64,000 bases of DNA from Massalongia carnosa (Eukaryota): the NCBI GenBank assembly GCA_965645245.1, contig OZ287086.1, forward strand, positions 372,001 to 436,000, read 5' to 3'. Of this stretch, positions 59,311 through 64,000 are shown piece by piece (the stretch's first letter is position 1; every line of letters starts with the position of its first letter). The translations under genes were made by a program, and so were the position numbers. The notes beneath the pieces are model-generated. The model was not told the origin of the DNA. It worked only from the letters and a program-made list of their open reading frames with translations, and made no database searches.

Positions 59311-61252
59311 ATCGTGCTAGACCACTTTCGGAATGCAGAGAGCACCCCTTAGTGCTTACCGGCTCAAAGACGCTACCGGCTCAAAGACGCATTTTCAACA
59401 TTTTACACCTCAACTTCGACACGTCAACAATCAACAACATAATGGTCAATTCATATTCAGCTATCGAGGATCGAATTGACAGTGCAATTGACGCGTTACA
59501 TGATGGTTTGTATACTAATTGTCGAGCTGCAGCTATAGCTTTTGACGTTGCCCCTCGTACGGTTCAAAAACGATGGAATGGAGGCAACTCCAAAAGCAGT
59601 CGACCTAGTACCAACAAAGCTCTGACGGATGAGCAAGAACAAGCTGTTCGTGACTACATCGAGCGATTGGACAAGGCCAACATGTGTGCGCGACCCAAAT
59701 TGATCGTGGGGGCTGCAAATTATCTGATTCGTTTTGAGAATCGTACTCTTGGTCATCAGTGGCTGAAGCGATTTCTTGATCGAAATCCCGAGCTTCATGT
59801 ACGAAAACAGAAGCCTCTCGCAGTCGATCGAAAAAATAGTCACGACGTTAACGATATGGTTGAATATTTCAGCAAATTAGAAAGGGTGATGAGGGAAAAG
59901 GGAATAACGGAGCTGGATGTATGGAATATGGACGAAACAGGCTTTCGAATTGGATGCGGACGAGCTCAAATAGTAATCACCTTGGACCCACGAAAGCCTC
60001 TTCGTATGACTGATCCGGATAATCGTGACTACATTACTTCTGTAGAGTGTATCAGCTCGGCCGGTGACGTTATTCCACCATTACTTATTCTTTCGGGTAT
60101 TCATATTCTTCATAAATGGTGTCAACACAACGATCTCGACGGAGAGACGTTGATTGGGACCAGCGAGACCGGCTATTCAAATGACGATTTAGCCATGGAT
60201 TGGCTTCGTCATTTCATCGAGCATACACGGACTAAAAGACGTGGAGCTTGGCTACTTCTAGTCATCGACGGGTTTGGGTCTCATTCAACCATTCCGTTTT
60301 TGAAGCTGGCCACTGAAAATCAGATCGTTCTATTTCGTCTTCCAGCACATTCTACTCATTTGACTCAGCCGTTAGATGTAGGTGTTTTTCAGCCGTACAA
60401 ACACTATCATGCTGAGGCCATTGATCATGCGATACGAATGGGAGACACGGAATTTGGAAAATTGGAATTTTTAGCCGCATTCCAGGAATTTCGCAACAAG
60501 ACATTCAAATCATCTACTATTCGTCATGCATTCAGGACCACCGGCATCGTCCCATTCAATCCGAACATGGTACTCGACGTCATTCGTCAGAAGCAAGCTG
60601 CAGCCTTGGAAATTAGGAATGAACCCCGCACCCCGAGCCCCCTACCTCTTCAATTTCATGAGCGCACCCCTCGAGGCCCCGAATCAATCAGAAAATTCGG
60701 TCACAAATTGCAAAGGGCATTGACCGCGGCCGGGCCGATCGGTGGATGGATGGATAAAAAAACAGTGGACGGTTTTCAGAAATTTATTAGGGCCTCCATC
60801 ACCTCCGCCAACACCCTAGATTTGACTACGCGGGACCTTCAGCAAGTGCAAAAAGCCACCACATCGCGTAAAAGTCGGGCCGCTCTCGGGGGTCAGGTAG
60901 CTGCAAAGGGTGGAGTCATAAAAGTCAGTCAATGTAGAGAATTATGTTCAATTCGTCAAAAAAAAGAGGAAGAAAAGGCTAGACGAAAGGAACAAAGGGA
61001 GGCTAATAAGGGGAAAAAGGCCTCATCAACCCAGTTAGACAACGTCCGATTTTTACTAGGGCAGGGCCTGTTAGTAGAACAGACTGAGCAGTAGATTTTA
61101 AACCCGAAATGAAGCTATTTAGACGTCTTTTCATGAAGGTCTGATTTTTTTAATGTTGAGGTGTTGAAAAATGCGTCTTTGAGCCGGTAGCGTCTTTGAG
61201 CCGGTAAGCACTAAGGGGTGCTCTCTGCATTCCGAAAGTGGTCTAGCACGAT
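59311..61252 (+). mobile_element. pogo/Fot1-like DNA transposon
   Basis: About 90-bp TIRs ATCGTGCTAGACCACTTTCGG...; TA at 59309-10 and 61253-54. Confidence 0.95.
59442..61094 (+). CDS. Intact pogo/Fot1-type transposase, 550 aa
   Basis: WNMDETG, VIDGFGSH, TQPLDVG motifs. Confidence 0.93.
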   Translation: MVNSYSAIEDRIDSAIDALHDGLYTNCRAAAIAFDVAPRTVQKRWNGGNSKSSRPSTNKALTDEQEQAVRDYIERLDKANMCARPKLIVGAANYLIRFENRTLGHQWLKRFLDRNPELHVRKQKPLAVDRKNSHDVNDMVEYFSKLERVMREKGITELDVWNMDETGFRIGCGRAQIVITLDPRKPLRMTDPDNRDYITSVECISSAGDVIPPLLILSGIHILHKWCQHNDLDGETLIGTSETGYSNDDLAMDWLRHFIEHTRTKRRGAWLLLVIDGFGSHSTIPFLKLATENQIVLFRLPAHSTHLTQPLDVGVFQPYKHYHAEAIDHAIRMGDTEFGKLEFLAAFQEFRNKTFKSSTIRHAFRTTGIVPFNPNMVLDVIRQKQAAALEIRNEPRTPSPLPLQFHERTPRGPESIRKFGHKLQRALTAAGPIGGWMDKKTVDGFQKFIRASITSANTLDLTTRDLQQVQKATTSRKSRAALGGQVAAKGGVIKVSQCRELCSIRQKKEEEKARRKEQREANKGKKASSTQLDNVRFLLGQGLLVEQTEQ

Positions 61253-61544
61253 TAATGTTAAAATTACTACGGAGGTGACTGCAGGGCTGAGCTAGAACTA
61301 ATGGGGCTAAGCGAGTATTCCAACACATCCCGTTCACGTGCCGTTGTTCACAGACTAACGGCAGAGATTATGTAATAAGCGAGACAAGCTCATACAAAAT
61401 TCTCTTCTTGTAAATTTAGGCTTAGAGGATTCATCATAAAAATCCGTCAATAAATCAATCATCTATTTCACTATCAAGAGATATTCTTCTGACGTAAATA
61501 TAAATTCATCATAGAGCTCATTGTTATCATACATTCAGCTCAAC

Positions 61545-64000
61545 ACAAGATCTTAACGAACTTTTGACCTGGGTCATCAACGCATATCAACCACTAACAC
61601 TGAGCGAGTTAGAGGCCGTTTTGTATCTGAAAAACAAAACTAGCGACGCATCAATGGAACCTCTGCGCGAGCAGATCCAAGACCGATATTCGACTTTCTT
61701 CGGTGTATCGGATGAAGCCGAACTCTCCAACGCCTCGGGTCCTGTGGTCACTCTAGTCTCGGATTCTATCATAGATCACTTTCGAAAGTCTACTAAAACC
61801 GTAGATATCGAGAACTCCCCAGCGGATGACAGCATAGAAGTCAAATTATCAAAAGTTCCTCGAATTGGTTTGCGATCCCGACTTGTTCACAAGATTCGGC
61901 TTCGAAAGGTTTTTCAAGCGCAAGTTGGCTAAAAACACCGCTGTTATCGCTGTTGACCTTCATGCTGCGCCATTGAAACTCTTAGTGGACTGCCTTCAAA
62001 TAATCAACGACGAAGTTGACGAAATGACAGAACCCCTCGCTGATCATGCAGCACTGTGGTTTCCTGAATACCTTCAACAAGTAGACCTCTCTTCGGCTGA
62101 TCCGACCACCAAGACTGCCATTGGAAAGCAACTATTACCATTGTTCACTAGCAACCCACGTATGGAACGATGGTGGAAAGAGGGTTATTTTATTTTGCGT
62201 TACCTGCGGCTACGTTTTGAGTTGGCTCAAGGATTCAGCAGTTATTAAAGAACTTACTACCGAGGAGAAAGAATGGATCAAAAGTCTGACTTCCAACACT
62301 GATCTCGACGTCGATCTTCTGATGCCTCTTACAAAGTTCCTCGCAAGCAAGTGGCTGCAAAGTACGGATTGGGGCATATACTCCTCCTTTGTATGCGTTC
62401 ATACTCATATCATCAAGGTCCGTATCTCAGTCTCCTCTGGCAGATAATCGCTTAGAACTTATGAACAGATTAAAAGTCGTAAGAATCCAGACCTTGTTCA
62501 TCGACTTGACAGTGATCCAAACACAATTGATATCAAGCCATCGGACATTTACGAGGCAGCGGAGTGGGCTGCTAAACAGCTAGAAGAAGTAAATCAGCCA
62601 AATTATCAGTGGTTGTGCTCTCTAGGCAAAACGTTTGCTGCGTGTGAGTATTGGGAAGATGCGATTCGTCAATACAAGGCTGCTTCAGCTATGACCTCTG
62701 AATCTATGAAAGCGGACCTTGGTCTAGCTAAAGCATATATGGGTCAGGAAAAGTGGCAGCTCGCCATTCAAACTCTGATAACGCTAAGTGAAGCATTGCA
62801 AGTCGATGCAAGACGAGACGATAATGAATCTCTACTTCCAGATGTCTTCCGCTACCTTGCCAGTTGCTACGAGAAGCTGGGAGAGTACACCAAAGCCATG
62901 GAGATCCATCAAAAAAAAAGTTCAGGATCGACCGGATGATTATAAGACCGCCGTCGACATTCCGAGGCTTCAAAACAGGCAGGGCATGTTCACGGAAACA
63001 ATCGAGTTCCTGCAGATGATGAAGACGCATAAAGGCATAGAAATCGGACTCGATAGACTAACTCATTTCTATGTTTGCACCCGACGACACTTATCATGAT
63101 ATCGTTCTCGAGGCTGCGGAAAAGGTCAAATGCCTCGATTTTATCAAGAAAAGCTATGAGATAGCTATCGAGGCCGCAAAAGCGAAGCAGGTATCTGTTA
63201 GTATACCACAAAGACAAGAGATGATAGATGTTCACAACTCGCTTTCGTATTTCTTCGCAGATCTACTATTACATCATCATGTTGACGAAAGCGAAAGGAT
63301 GCGCGCAATCTATATCTGGGAACAAATTGGGAAACCAAGTGATTTTTCAGAATATACGATTTCATATTATCATCTGTTAAATGCCCAAAAACTCTTTGTG
63401 GTGTATTATGAAAGATGAAGGAAGCTGCTCCAGACTCCGAAATCGTTGTCGAAAACATCAACAAGCTAATTCAGCTCTCGATTAATGAAAATTTCAAGAT
63501 GATCTCGTACGATCACCTACTAACGGATTCCAAGATGCTGCTTGGTCGTTATTATCAATCGATCAACCGTAAAGACGAGGCGAAACGTTACTTAAGAGGA
63601 GCTGTTAAAACGGCTCTCGACCTCTTATCAGATGACGATGTCGCCAACGACTGGCAAGGATACAAGATACGGGGACGAACGTTGATATACTTTGGCGACG
63701 ATAGCAATGCACTCGCTGCTCGGTCTTTAATCCTTCCGACCACCGCTAATTCTGAGACCATCGAGTATGGTGTGGAAAACGCAGTTGATGCGGTTTCAGG
63801 CTACGCTTTACAGGGGCCAAGTAGCGAAACGGTCACACGTTCTCAGGCCGACCCTCTTGCGATCAAGCAAGAGTCAATCGCAGCAGATGAGGCCCGTTCA
63901 ACTGGTATTCTCTGTGCATGCGAATTGGAGAATCCCTCCAATGTGGCTGATTTAGGTACTCTCACATCTCCCCCCAAACTGAAGGGACCGATCGGGCTGT
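61545..64000 (+). pseudogene. NLR-like copy 3, 5'-truncated and frameshifted; runs off the window
   Basis: Homology to copy 1 from approx. 43170 onward; frameshifts near 61845-61870, 62210, 62915, 63073 and 63412. Confidence 0.9.

Noticed and set aside
1..64000. Starship captain, rRNA/tRNA genes, and the many 60-150 aa antisense or overlapping ORFs
   Set aside because: No tyrosine-recombinase or structural RNA gene recognised by eye; the short ORFs are shadows of TE or NLR reading frames.

Overview
Fungal (filamentous ascomycete-type) nuclear DNA, about 55% transposable elements, many nested. Contents: two Ty1/Copia elements (one fully intact), two Ty3/Gypsy elements plus a solo LTR, four pogo/Fot1-like and four Tc1-like DNA transposons. 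Host genes include a small secreted protein with an 8-Cys hydrophobin-like pattern, a tandem pair of secreted-protein genes, C2H2 zinc-finger fragments, a TPR pseudogene and a tandem cluster of three NLR-like genes (Goodbye-NACHT-TPR-ZZ; two intact, one decayed). Most unusual signals: (1) two independent IS630/Tc1-like (DD37E/DD38E) transposons with CACGCGG termini flanked by 5-bp target duplications instead of TA; (2) a 70-bp x12.6 tandem array of local promoter DNA fused to the telomere motif AACCCTAACCCT, inserted just upstream of the second NLR; (3) an intact, recently inserted Copia with non-canonical TA...CA LTR ends. Boundaries were read by eye from TIR, LTR and TSD matches. Family assignments come from motif recognition, not database searches.
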